Source: Patescibacteria group bacterium | GTDB taxonomy: Bacteria; Patescibacteriota; Doudnabacteria; UBA920 | Assembly (NCBI GenBank): GCA_023484515.1 | Contig: JAMDAY010000030.1 | Coordinates: forward strand, 1,320 to 65,319 | DNA: 64,000 nt | Reading direction: 5' to 3' | Shown here: piece by piece, positions 16,633 through 25,417 of the stretch | Layout of the letters: every line of letters starts with the position of its first letter | Position numbering within the stretch: the first letter of the stretch is position 1 | Position numbers and translations under genes: made by a program | Notes under the pieces: model-generated | Databases searched by the model: none | The model's input: only the letters and a program-made list of their open reading frames with translations | What the model was told of the DNA's origin: nothing

Positions 16633-19320
16633 TTAAAAATTTACTGCAGCCGGTGCCCGTTCTTTGTCTGGCTCAAAGGTAGTGTGCCTGCCCATGAGCT
16701 CCCGGAAAATTTGCTCCCTTTTAGCCGAGTAATAAATGCCGTTGATATTGTCCCGTTTTTGTTTTATGACTTCCAAAGGCGTGCCATAGCTTTCCATGGT
16801 TTCTTTAATGAAATATTCTTCCGTGTCCCTTAAAATGTCTTTGGGATGGGGAGTTTTTTGGATATTGATGGACATGGCGTCTTGCGGCACGCCTTGGACT
16901 AAAGTTTTGAGGTAAGCCGTGCCGGTCGGCAGGTTAATAATGTCTTCCACGGTAATCCTGCCGCCTAATATCTTTTCGGCGATTTCACTGTCTCCGACTG
17001 ACTGGGTGCGCATGAAGATTTTGGTGGCAATGTTGGACTCAATGGATTTTTGGATGCGCTCGTCCAGTTGGCCCATGAATTGGTTGGAAATGACCAAAGC
17101 GGTGTTAAACGCCCGAACTTCGGAAAACAGGGTTTCAAAGATGTCGCTGGCCACCCTTTGGAACTCGTCAATAACGAACACACACGGTTTGCGGTCTTCG
17201 CTATTCAGCCTGGCTTGGCCGAAAATTGCTTCGGCAATATGGGCGGAGAGGTATACCGAGTAGTACTTTTTCAGCTGCTCGCTGGATGAGCCAAAGTTGG
17301 CAATAAAGATCTTGCCTTGCTTGATCATGTCTTCAAACGTAATCTTGGTTTCCAGACGGTCGGCAATGTTCATGAATTCCTGGTAATCCAAAAATTTGCC
17401 GATCTTGTTGTTGGTCGTGGCCAAGTACCTGGCAAGGTCGTTATTGGAACGCTTTAAGATTGAATCCGTCCAAAAGCTTTGCAACCTTAAGGGCAGGTAC
17501 TTTAAGAGGTTCTTTATTTGGTTGGGTTCGTGCAATAGCTGGTCCAGACCCGAGAGGGACTGGGCAGGCAGCACGTAAGCCGTGGTAAACAGCTGCCTTA
17601 AGATGTTTTCCAGTTCCGGGCCCCAGGAGTTAGCTGAATCAATCTGCACGAACCGCTTCATAATGGAGATTAAAAAGCCTAAACGCTCTTCGTCGCTTTT
17701 GTCCCCGGAAAACTGTGAAAAGAAGGGAAAGCTTAAAGGCTTGTCTTGCTGTTTGGAGGGATTAAAGTAAACTACATCCGCTTTCCGTTCTTCGGGGATC
17801 ATGGTTAAAAGGTCTGTGGCAAAGTCGTTTTTGGGGTCAATAACCAGGCAGGCGGCTTTGTCCTTGCCTGTTTTTTGCAGGACGTGGCTTAGGATGGTTT
17901 TTAAAGTTTCGGATTTGCCGCTGCCAGTGCCGCCAAGAATATAGACATGCTTTTTCATGTCGTCCCAGGTCGGGATGCCAATTTTGGTGTCTTCCTGCAT
18001 GCGGAAGTTAGACTTGCCCAGCTCCACGTAGAAGCTGTCGTCGTATTCGCGCATTTGCTGGCTGGCGGGTTTCTTTTTGAACTTAACAGTCTTAACCGAA
18101 GACACGGTTTGGTCATTGGTATCAGGCAGGTGCCAGAGGGAAAATAGCTCAATGTCAGAAATCACTTGCCCGAAATTCTGGTAGCCTGAAAAAGGCCATA
18201 ACCATAATTTTCGGGTTCTTAAAACCGGCTTGGTGTCTATAATTTGCCGCAGTTGCCCCGAGGTTGCCAAATCCTCCACCTGCCTGGTAAACAGTCTTTT
18301 ATGCTTGAGCATGTTCATGTTCTTTTGGTTGACCTCTGTCAGCACCCCCTGGATGTTGGCCAGTTTTATTTCCGCGTCTTCCGGGGTTTCGGAAACCGCC
18401 CAGTAAGAAATAATGGTTTGAAACAGGGAGGCTTTCATTTTTTCTTCCATGGCAATCTTCAGCGAACTGGCCAAGTCCGAAACAGGCTCCTTTTTGTAGG
18501 AAGGGGTTTGTTTGGCCGCTTGGGCCACTTCTTGCTGCGCCCGTTCCTGGTCTTCAATCAAGTAGTGGATGATTTGGTTGAAGTAATGGGAAGAAGGGGA
18601 GATGAGGATGTTGTAGGCCATAAACCGGCCCTTGGCCAGCGCTTCCATGGTGGAGATAACGGAATCCACGGGGTCGGAGGACACGTCCTTGAAGGTTTTT
18701 ACCCGGTGGTAAAACTTGCCCTCAATGGTGGTTTGGCCGTAACTCAAATAACTTTTTTGATACTTGGCCACCTCTGCCAAAACCGCGTCTTTGTCTAGCA
18801 TGGTGATTTCGGCATTGGGATAGGCATTAAAAATAGCCTTTTCCATCCGTTGGAAAAAGGCTATGGGGATTTGGAGGCGAAAGGATATGTAAGGGTATTG
18901 GGCCCAGACCTGCATCGTGAAAAATACTTGTTTGGCCAGGGCAACTTTCCAATGGCGGTAGAGCTTCTGGAAGAAGTAAAAATACCTGGAAAATTGGTGC
19001 GGCCCTTCAATCGGATCTTGGTAGACCGAATGGAAGGCCTTGAGGATTTTTTGCTGGATCTGGAAGGCTGTGGTTTGGGAGTCTTTGGGAATGGTAATTT
19101 CAAAATACAGCGTTTTGGGGAATTCTTTGTCTAAATCCTTGTTTTTTATTTTAATTTTTTCAAAAGCGTGGAAAATATCAAGGCGGTAAAGGGAGAAAAG
19201 CTGGTAGAGGGAAAATAGAAAAATGGTGCCACAAAGGGTCAATATTCCAGTCGTCCATTCCCAAGTGGGGATTTTCCTGACTGTCTCTAACCACAGCTGG
19301 TAGCCAATGTTATTAGGCAT
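16633..19320 (-). CDS. virD4: type IV coupling protein-like ATPase (VirD4/TraG/TraD family)
   Basis: An 895-aa protein with an N-terminal TM region, Walker A (YILGGTGSGKSETL) and Walker B (PCVFVIDEFQRVASD) motifs. It is the first gene of the minus-strand T4SS-like operon. Confidence 0.65.
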   Translation of the reverse strand: MPNNIGYQLWLETVRKIPTWEWTTGILTLCGTIFLFSLYQLFSLYRLDIFHAFEKIKIKNKDLDKEFPKTLYFEITIPKDSQTTAFQIQQKILKAFHSVYQDPIEGPHQFSRYFYFFQKLYRHWKVALAKQVFFTMQVWAQYPYISFRLQIPIAFFQRMEKAIFNAYPNAEITMLDKDAVLAEVAKYQKSYLSYGQTTIEGKFYHRVKTFKDVSSDPVDSVISTMEALAKGRFMAYNILISPSSHYFNQIIHYLIEDQERAQQEVAQAAKQTPSYKKEPVSDLASSLKIAMEEKMKASLFQTIISYWAVSETPEDAEIKLANIQGVLTEVNQKNMNMLKHKRLFTRQVEDLATSGQLRQIIDTKPVLRTRKLWLWPFSGYQNFGQVISDIELFSLWHLPDTNDQTVSSVKTVKFKKKPASQQMREYDDSFYVELGKSNFRMQEDTKIGIPTWDDMKKHVYILGGTGSGKSETLKTILSHVLQKTGKDKAACLVIDPKNDFATDLLTMIPEERKADVVYFNPSKQQDKPLSFPFFSQFSGDKSDEERLGFLISIMKRFVQIDSANSWGPELENILRQLFTTAYVLPAQSLSGLDQLLHEPNQIKNLLKYLPLRLQSFWTDSILKRSNNDLARYLATTNNKIGKFLDYQEFMNIADRLETKITFEDMIKQGKIFIANFGSSSEQLKKYYSVYLSAHIAEAIFGQARLNSEDRKPCVFVIDEFQRVASDIFETLFSEVRAFNTALVISNQFMGQLDERIQKSIESNIATKIFMRTQSVGDSEIAEKILGGRITVEDIINLPTGTAYLKTLVQGVPQDAMSINIQKTPHPKDILRDTEEYFIKETMESYGTPLEVIKQKRDNINGIYYSAKREQIFRELMGRHTTFEPDKERAPAAVNF

Positions 19321-19823
19321 AGTAAGCAGAAGTTAAATATTCATGCGTACAGTTACTAGCCCTCCCCGGCGTATTTCTGTCCCGCCGCTTCGCGGCGGGC
19401 AACTCTTCCCCCCATCTTTCCTCTCCAGTCTTTGGGTTTGTTTTTAGGTTTTGGTTTTAGTTAGATATTGGAATTTAGGTATTTGGAATTAAGACAAGAT
19501 AATAGGTTAAGGTAAGAATAGATAGTATTGATGTTTAGTAGAGTTAGTATAGATACTAGTCGTTCAGTTGATTCTCTGGTGAGATAGTAGCCACTGGTAA
19601 GGGATTATTAGAACATCAATAGACACAGGTGATTTAGAAGATTTGCTAGTACAATGGGGTTGCACTATTGGTTGTACTAGCCAGCCGCTGGTTCCATAGC
19701 TCCAGCTTAATAGAAAAATCCCTGATTAGCAAGGGGTAGTTTGCCAGCTTGTCAAGAAGACAAGGCTAGCAGGCCAAGGTCAGGGGTTTTGCATAAAGTA
19801 GGTTTTAGCAGCGTTCAGGATTT

Positions 19824-19950
19824 TCCACCAAGGGAAACTTTCAGGATTTTTAGAATTTTTTTTGGTCGCTTCGCTCCCATTGCAAACGGGGGGAAATGCA
19901 GTTTGAGCCAATATTTCTGCGTGCAAATCCCACGGCGGAAGAAAACGCAA
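19824..19950. repeat. left copy of a perfect 127-bp inverted repeat flanking the recombinase/Ubl cassette
   Basis: By base-by-base comparison, 19824-19950 equals the reverse complement of 24074-24200 over 127/127 positions. Confidence 0.95.
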
Positions 19951-20051
19951 GCGCTTGCCCCACCCTCCCGTGCGCGCGCTAACGCAGCTCCCTATATATT
20001 ATTAAGAGATTAAACAAAAATTTAAAATAATAGCCATAAATGATAGCTATT

Positions 20052-20387
20052 TTAATTTACCCAAACGATCTTATTATCTCTAATCCAAAAGTGACTACCA
20101 CAAGTTCCATATCCTCTCCATAAGGACGGCATTAGCGTTACTCCTTTATTGCTTCTTGTTAGTCTCCAAACTGGATAAATGCTTTTCATCAAATTTACTT
20201 CAATTTTATCGCCACAGCCACACGGACAGGAAAATACTAACCACTTTAAGTGACCCTCATTGACTACTATATAAAAATAGGAACCAAGTCTATCTGGTAG
20301 TTCGTTCAACGATTTAATTTCCCTTGCCTGACCTAACTCACTCTTGCGTTGCCACTTTTTTACTAACTCTTTAAGCCAATTAAACAT
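20052..20387 (-). CDS. small Cys-rich protein (CPCGCG ... CGSHF; possible Zn ribbon), last gene of Ubl-E2-E1 operon
   Basis: A 111-aa protein that overlaps the JAB-E1 gene by 8 bp, indicating translational coupling. Four clustered cysteines are present. Confidence 0.5.
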   Translation of the reverse strand: MFNWLKELVKKWQRKSELGQAREIKSLNELPDRLGSYFYIVVNEGHLKWLVFSCPCGCGDKIEVNLMKSIYPVWRLTRSNKGVTLMPSLWRGYGTCGSHFWIRDNKIVWVN

Positions 20388-21762
20388 TTTGGCTCCAAAC
20401 GGTATCCAGGAAAGGGGTAGTGTCGCCCCTGCCCCAGTTATTTTTATTAGCGCAAAAACAATCGGCCTGTGGCTTTTGCGTGGTTGTTATAACTTTAGCT
20501 CTATCAAAAAAGTAAAGATATTCATTAGTCTCCCTTGCTCCCATAAAGCCGGTAAGTCTTTGTATCATTTCCGACACGGCCGCCGCGGCTACTGAAGAAG
20601 TGAAAGTAATTACAGCCGGTGCAGGCTCAGCTAATTCCGGCGCGTAACCCTCTTGTCTCCTAACAGCTGCTTCTGTCGGGTTTGTCGCTTGAAGTGATTC
20701 CGCTAACATACTTTGCGAGTTAAGTCTCTCACGACAAAGTAAACAAGCGTTTGAGGGGAAAAGGGTTGTTACTCTTCCTAAAATAGACTTTATGTTACCA
20801 TCTTGGGAATCAATTAATACCGCCATATCAATTACCGGAATGTAATAGTAGATAGAGAGTGTATTTAGCAAAGAACGTCCCCACTCATCATCTGTGCAAG
20901 CAAAAACCAAATCACAATTTCTTAATTCTTTAATTGCGACTTGGTTAGTAATGTTAGTTTCGCAAGTAATTACCTTGGTTCCAAGACCCTTGCTATGAGC
21001 TGACCGTTCCGCAATTTTAGTCTTATGGTGCCCTTCGTCCGATAAGAGAGAACCATAAACTCTATTTACGTTTGATTTTTCAAAAGCTTGCCCGTCAAAT
21101 AGTCTTAAGTCGCCAACACCCAACCTCATTAACTGCTCTGCAACTGCGGAACCCGTCCCACCAAGACCCACGATGCCAATCCTTAATTTTTGTAATAACT
21201 TTTGAATATCCTTGCCAAAAGCCCTGATTTGTCGGTCAAAAGAAATCTCGTCTAGGAGTTGCCCCTCGTTGTTATAAAAGAATTTAAACCTATTTCCAAT
21301 AACTCTAATAACTTCCATTGGGTAGCTTTGTCCATCTGCGAGCCAAACTCTACCAATTGGTTTTGTTGGAGAGGAAAAAACTAGGCTGCCGTGTAAATTA
21401 GAACGAGTAATTCTATTATAAGTAGTGCGGAATAATTTCTGCTCTTCCTTGTCATCTTGAGTAGAAAAATTAGGGGTAGTTTCTGGGTGCGAATGGACAA
21501 AAACAAAACTACGCTTTGTATTGTTAGCCTTTTTCAAAGCCCGCATAAACGAAGTTGACGGGATTGACAGACTGGTCGCCGAAGCACTTTCCAGTTCATT
21601 CGGCATTACTGGAATAACCTCTTGCACCAGTAACCTTGAATCCTCACTACCACTAGAAGGTCTGCATAAAAGATAAGCAGCCCGCTCCGTGGATGCATCT
21701 TTAAAGAGATGCTCAATGAGCTGACTGTATTCTGGTTCTAAAAAGGTTAAAGAATAACGCAT
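20380..21762 (-). CDS. JAB/JAMM deubiquitinase-like domain fused to ThiF/MoeB-type E1-like adenylyltransferase
   Basis: The N-terminus (FVFVHSHPETTPNFSTQD) matches the JAMM signature HxHx7Sx2D exactly. The middle (RIGIVGLGGTGSAVAEQLMRLGVGDLRLFDGQAFEKSNVNRV) is a ThiF Rossmann/GxGxxG fold. The C-terminus has CLLCR and CFCAN CxxC pairs, as in the E1 zinc motif. Confidence 0.8.
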   Translation of the reverse strand: MRYSLTFLEPEYSQLIEHLFKDASTERAAYLLCRPSSGSEDSRLLVQEVIPVMPNELESASATSLSIPSTSFMRALKKANNTKRSFVFVHSHPETTPNFSTQDDKEEQKLFRTTYNRITRSNLHGSLVFSSPTKPIGRVWLADGQSYPMEVIRVIGNRFKFFYNNEGQLLDEISFDRQIRAFGKDIQKLLQKLRIGIVGLGGTGSAVAEQLMRLGVGDLRLFDGQAFEKSNVNRVYGSLLSDEGHHKTKIAERSAHSKGLGTKVITCETNITNQVAIKELRNCDLVFACTDDEWGRSLLNTLSIYYYIPVIDMAVLIDSQDGNIKSILGRVTTLFPSNACLLCRERLNSQSMLAESLQATNPTEAAVRRQEGYAPELAEPAPAVITFTSSVAAAAVSEMIQRLTGFMGARETNEYLYFFDRAKVITTTQKPQADCFCANKNNWGRGDTTPFLDTVWSQNV

Positions 21763-21765
21763 TGT

Positions 21766-22167
21766 TTACTTGCTCAAATCATTTTTAATAGAGCTGATAT
21801 AAGTTCTCAAATTATCTTTTCCAGCTCTCCATTGAGATTGGGAAAGATGACGAGACCAGCGTTGCCAAGGTATCTCGTCGTAAGTTTCGTGAACATCTGC
21901 TTTGTCGGGAAGATTACCGTTTGCCAGTTTTACATCAGGATAGGTATAAAACATATCTGGGTTAGCATTGGGGTAGCCAGCTGGAACTCTGATTAGTAAC
22001 TTAACGCTCGCTAGGTTGTATTTTTGTGGCGGTAATAAAAATTCCTCAATGGTAAGATGAACCATACCGTTCACGGATATGGTTTTATATTTATACTGCT
22101 TTTCATCCAAAAATTCTATATCAAATTCCGGAAGGAGTGGTTGATTTGTCCCGTCATTTTCAGGCAT
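21766..22167 (-). CDS. E2/UBC-fold-like protein (UEV-like: YPN motif present but no cysteine in whole ORF)
   Basis: A 133-aa protein lying between the Ubl and E1 genes, as in bacterial Ubl-E2-E1-JAB operons. It carries VPAGYPNANPD, an HPN-like motif, but the ORF encodes no Cys. Confidence 0.5.
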   Translation of the reverse strand: MPENDGTNQPLLPEFDIEFLDEKQYKYKTISVNGMVHLTIEEFLLPPQKYNLASVKLLIRVPAGYPNANPDMFYTYPDVKLANGNLPDKADVHETYDEIPWQRWSRHLSQSQWRAGKDNLRTYISSIKNDLSK

Positions 22168-22417
22168 TGATGGAGCCTGGGTTTAAAGTTTTGGGACCGC
22201 TGTGAAATTGGGTACCATTTTTAAAAGTATACTCTTTGCTGTCGTTCGGAATGGGTTCGTCATCACCAGGACCAGGGATTTCCATTAATAGATTATAATC
22301 CGCTCCAATACCTGCCAGAGTATAAAGAGCTACGCCTGTAATCGGATTCTTAATTTTATATTCCTTCTTATCGATATGGATTACAACCTCATCATGTTGA
22401 TTGTCACCATGGGCCAT
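22160..22417 (-). CDS. small ubiquitin-like (beta-grasp / multiubiquitin-family-like) protein
   Basis: An 85-aa first gene of the operon, overlapping the E2-like gene. Its sequence (VVIHIDKKEYKIKNPITGVALYTLAGIGADYNLLMEIPGPGDDEPIPND) fits a beta-grasp fold. It has no C-terminal GG; it ends NPGSINA. Confidence 0.5.
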   Translation of the reverse strand: MAHGDNQHDEVVIHIDKKEYKIKNPITGVALYTLAGIGADYNLLMEIPGPGDDEPIPNDSKEYTFKNGTQFHSGPKTLNPGSINA

Positions 22418-22663
22418 ACATTCCTTTCCGTTCCCGAATATTAAAGTTTTTTCGGAAACATTGCCTTTATTTTAACACAAAATTGCCTTAATTACCAGAA
22501 GAATATATCTACCCCAGTCATTTTACTCCAAGGTTATTTTTATGACATCCAAAATATGATATAATACCTATGCGACAAACTAACCAACGAGTTTTTTAAT
22601 GGCCGTCTTTGGAAATAAATCCAACTTGTTGGGTTTGTCGCACCAAGGGCGGTCATTATTAAT

Positions 22664-24391
22664 TTGACTAGTATGGCTATTAAATATTTTTTATATGCGC
22701 GTAAATCCACGGAAGACGACGATCATCAAATAATGAGTATTGAAGCTCAGTTATTTGAATTGCGCGAATATGCCCGCAGGGAAAAACTAGAGATTATAGA
22801 AGAGTTAACTGAATCTAAAAGCGCTAAGAAGCCAGGCAGAATAAAATTTGGCGAATTGATGGATAAAATAGAAGAAAGTAACGGTGTTGGAATTCTCGCT
22901 TGGCACCCCGACAGGCTTGCCCGTAATTCCGTTGATGGCGGAAAAATAATTTATTTTGTAGATACCAAAAAGATTGTTTCCTTGCGCTTTCCCACTTTTT
23001 GGTTTGAACCAACACCGCAAGGTTTGTTTATGCTGCAAGTGGCGTTTGGTCAAAGCAAATACTATACAGATAATCTTGCCGAAAACATTAATCGGGGTTT
23101 TCGTCAAAAAATCAGGCGCGGCGAATGGCCGACAAAAGCCCCGTTCGGATACGTTAATAATTTTAAAACTCGTACTATCGAGCCTCATCCCTTTCAATCT
23201 AAAATAGTGGTCAGGGCTTTTGAGGAATTTGCCACGGGAAAATATACCTATGAAAGCCTGGCGGATTTTATGGCAGAGTTGGGAGTGGAAACCAAGAATC
23301 AAACGCCGCTTGGCAAAGCTTCTATTTGGAGAATGTTGACCAATCGGGCTTATTTAGGACTTACTAAGCATAAGGGCGAATATTTTGAGGGCAGCTTTCC
23401 GGCGATTCTTCTCCCCGCAACTTTTGATGCTGTCCAGGCGGTTCTAAAGCGAAAAGCTAGGCCGCGCAAAAGCAAGCAGGCTTTGGACTTTCCGCTGACT
23501 GGTCTTTTGACGTGTGGAGAATGCGGCTGTGCCATTACGGGTTGCAATGTAACTGGCAGGCACGGTCATAACTTTCGTTATTATCGTTGTACCAGAAAGA
23601 AAAATAAATGCTTGCAAGGCAGTTTGCAAGAGCGGCAGCTTGCGATTCAGCTCAAGAGCGAGCTTCAAAAAGTTGCCATTTGTGATAACTGGACAGACAA
23701 AATGCTCCAGCAGATTTCGGTTTGGGAGAAAGAAGAAACCAGTTCATCAAAAAGCCCTGTCCAAGACATAAAAAATAGTTTGGATAAAATTCAGGACAAG
23801 CTTAACCGGTTGGTTAGCGCTTACATTGACCAAGAAATTCCCAAAGAAATTTACTTGGTCAAAAAGGAAGAACTGCTCAAACAAAAGCTTGTCCTAAGCC
23901 AAGCTCTAAAGAATCTTGGACAGGAAGGTGGAGTGTGGATTAAACCCCTCCGGCAGTGGATTTTAGACGTAAAAGAAGCCACTTTCGTGGCTTCTTCGAG
24001 TGATCTATCTGAAGTTAAACAGACCGTTCAAAAGTTAGGATTAAACCCCCAACTTTTGGATAAGAATGTAAAATTGCGTTTTCTTCCGCCGTGGGATTTG
24101 CACGCAGAAATATTGGCTCAAACTGCATTTCCCCCCGTTTGCAATGGGAGCGAAGCGACCAAAAAAAATTCTAAAAATCCTGAAAGTTTCCCTTGGTGGA
24201 GATGGCGGGAGTTAAACCCGCGTCCAGAACGAATCAATTTTCCCATTGTTCACAAGATTAGCCAGTTCATAAGCCTTAATGACAAGAGCTGGCAAGATAT
24301 CATTAAGGTTGATTTACTAAAGCTTGAGCTGGTCAGCGCAAATCAAACCGACCGGCCGCAGCCTCTAATGAAGCCGCTAATTTATCTTTGA
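22664..24391 (+). CDS. large serine recombinase (resolvase/invertase N-domain + recombinase domain + Zn ribbon); ORF reads through the right inverted repeat
   Basis: The N-terminus (YARKSTEDDDHQIMSIEAQ) contains the catalytic Ser region of serine recombinases. The zinc ribbon is CGECGCAITGCNVTGRHGHNFRYYRC. The conserved domains end near aa 470, exactly where IR-R (24074) begins. The remaining 105 codons lie in or beyond the repeat. Confidence 0.8.
   Translation: MTSMAIKYFLYARKSTEDDDHQIMSIEAQLFELREYARREKLEIIEELTESKSAKKPGRIKFGELMDKIEESNGVGILAWHPDRLARNSVDGGKIIYFVDTKKIVSLRFPTFWFEPTPQGLFMLQVAFGQSKYYTDNLAENINRGFRQKIRRGEWPTKAPFGYVNNFKTRTIEPHPFQSKIVVRAFEEFATGKYTYESLADFMAELGVETKNQTPLGKASIWRMLTNRAYLGLTKHKGEYFEGSFPAILLPATFDAVQAVLKRKARPRKSKQALDFPLTGLLTCGECGCAITGCNVTGRHGHNFRYYRCTRKKNKCLQGSLQERQLAIQLKSELQKVAICDNWTDKMLQQISVWEKEETSSSKSPVQDIKNSLDKIQDKLNRLVSAYIDQEIPKEIYLVKKEELLKQKLVLSQALKNLGQEGGVWIKPLRQWILDVKEATFVASSSDLSEVKQTVQKLGLNPQLLDKNVKLRFLPPWDLHAEILAQTAFPPVCNGSEATKKNSKNPESFPWWRWRELNPRPERINFPIVHKISQFISLNDKSWQDIIKVDLLKLELVSANQTDRPQPLMKPLIYL
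24074..24200. repeat. right copy of the perfect 127-bp inverted repeat
   Basis: Reverse complement identical to 19824-19950. Confidence 0.95.
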
Positions 24392-25417
24392 GGCAAAAGA
24401 TAAGGCGGCGCCCTGGCTTAGAATTAAGCGAAGGCAGGCTGGAAAGCAAAGGCGTTAGCCAATGCAGTCTTTACCTTAGAAAATGCGTTAGCATTTATGA
24501 TGCCCAAAAGGATTTCCGAGGCTATTAGGCTTGCTCGTCTTGCATATGGCAAAATGTCAAAGTCCTGTCAAAATCCGTCATCCCCATCCGGATACCTATT
24601 TTAACATATTTTAAAATCACATTCAACCCCTTTTTTATTGTTAGGAAAGTATATATTTAAATATGAATTTAAATATATACTTTTTGGTTATTTAGCTGGG
24701 TTTAATTATTTTCTGTTGACATCGGGGCAGGGATGAGATATAAAATTTATATCAAACATTAAAGGAGAATGCATGAAAATCGTATGGAGGGTTGCTTCCA
24801 TAGTTTGTAAACGGATGCGGCCGTCGGGGGAGGAAAAGAAACGGCGGTGCGGGCGTATTATGCGGAATGCTGCATTGCAGCTGGCTGCGATCAGGCAAGA
24901 ACGCGAGGGCGGTTCCATGTCACTTGGGACGCTTAGGGTCCTGGAAATTATCTGGTGACAGTCCCAGACGGCAGCGTCTGGTGGAGTTATTGGGAGGTTA
25001 TATGAAGACAAGGCAGGACAGGGTTGCAATTTTGAAGCGGAAAGACGATGGGTGGCCGTTGCAAGATGTGGGTTTCCTGGTAAAACGCTTGGAAGTGCTG
25101 GTGTTGTTGGATCCTGAATTTCCCACAGCCCTGGTGCTTTTTGGCAAGTTCAACAAGGGAGCAGTCGCGACAGCGTTGAGAACCCTCAGGGTTGTCTGCG
25201 AATGCGAGGTTGCCAGCAGCCAGAATTTTCAGGAATGCGGCACGCCTTGCTTGCTTCCTGGGAGGACCAGGCAACGGTGATCAAACAAAAACGGCGGGCG
25301 CGAAGGCTTTGCGATCGCCGTTTCAATTTGTCCGGTTTTATGCCGTAGGGGATGGAAAGCCTGTATTATTAAACTTATTATGCCGTCATAAATTAAAAGC
25401 CCAGGAGGACAATATAG

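Noticed and set aside
19741-20013. 90-aa ORF on the plus strand across the left inverted repeat
   Set aside because: It lies within the repeat and the adjacent GC-rich motif, and its product is low-complexity. It was treated as non-coding.
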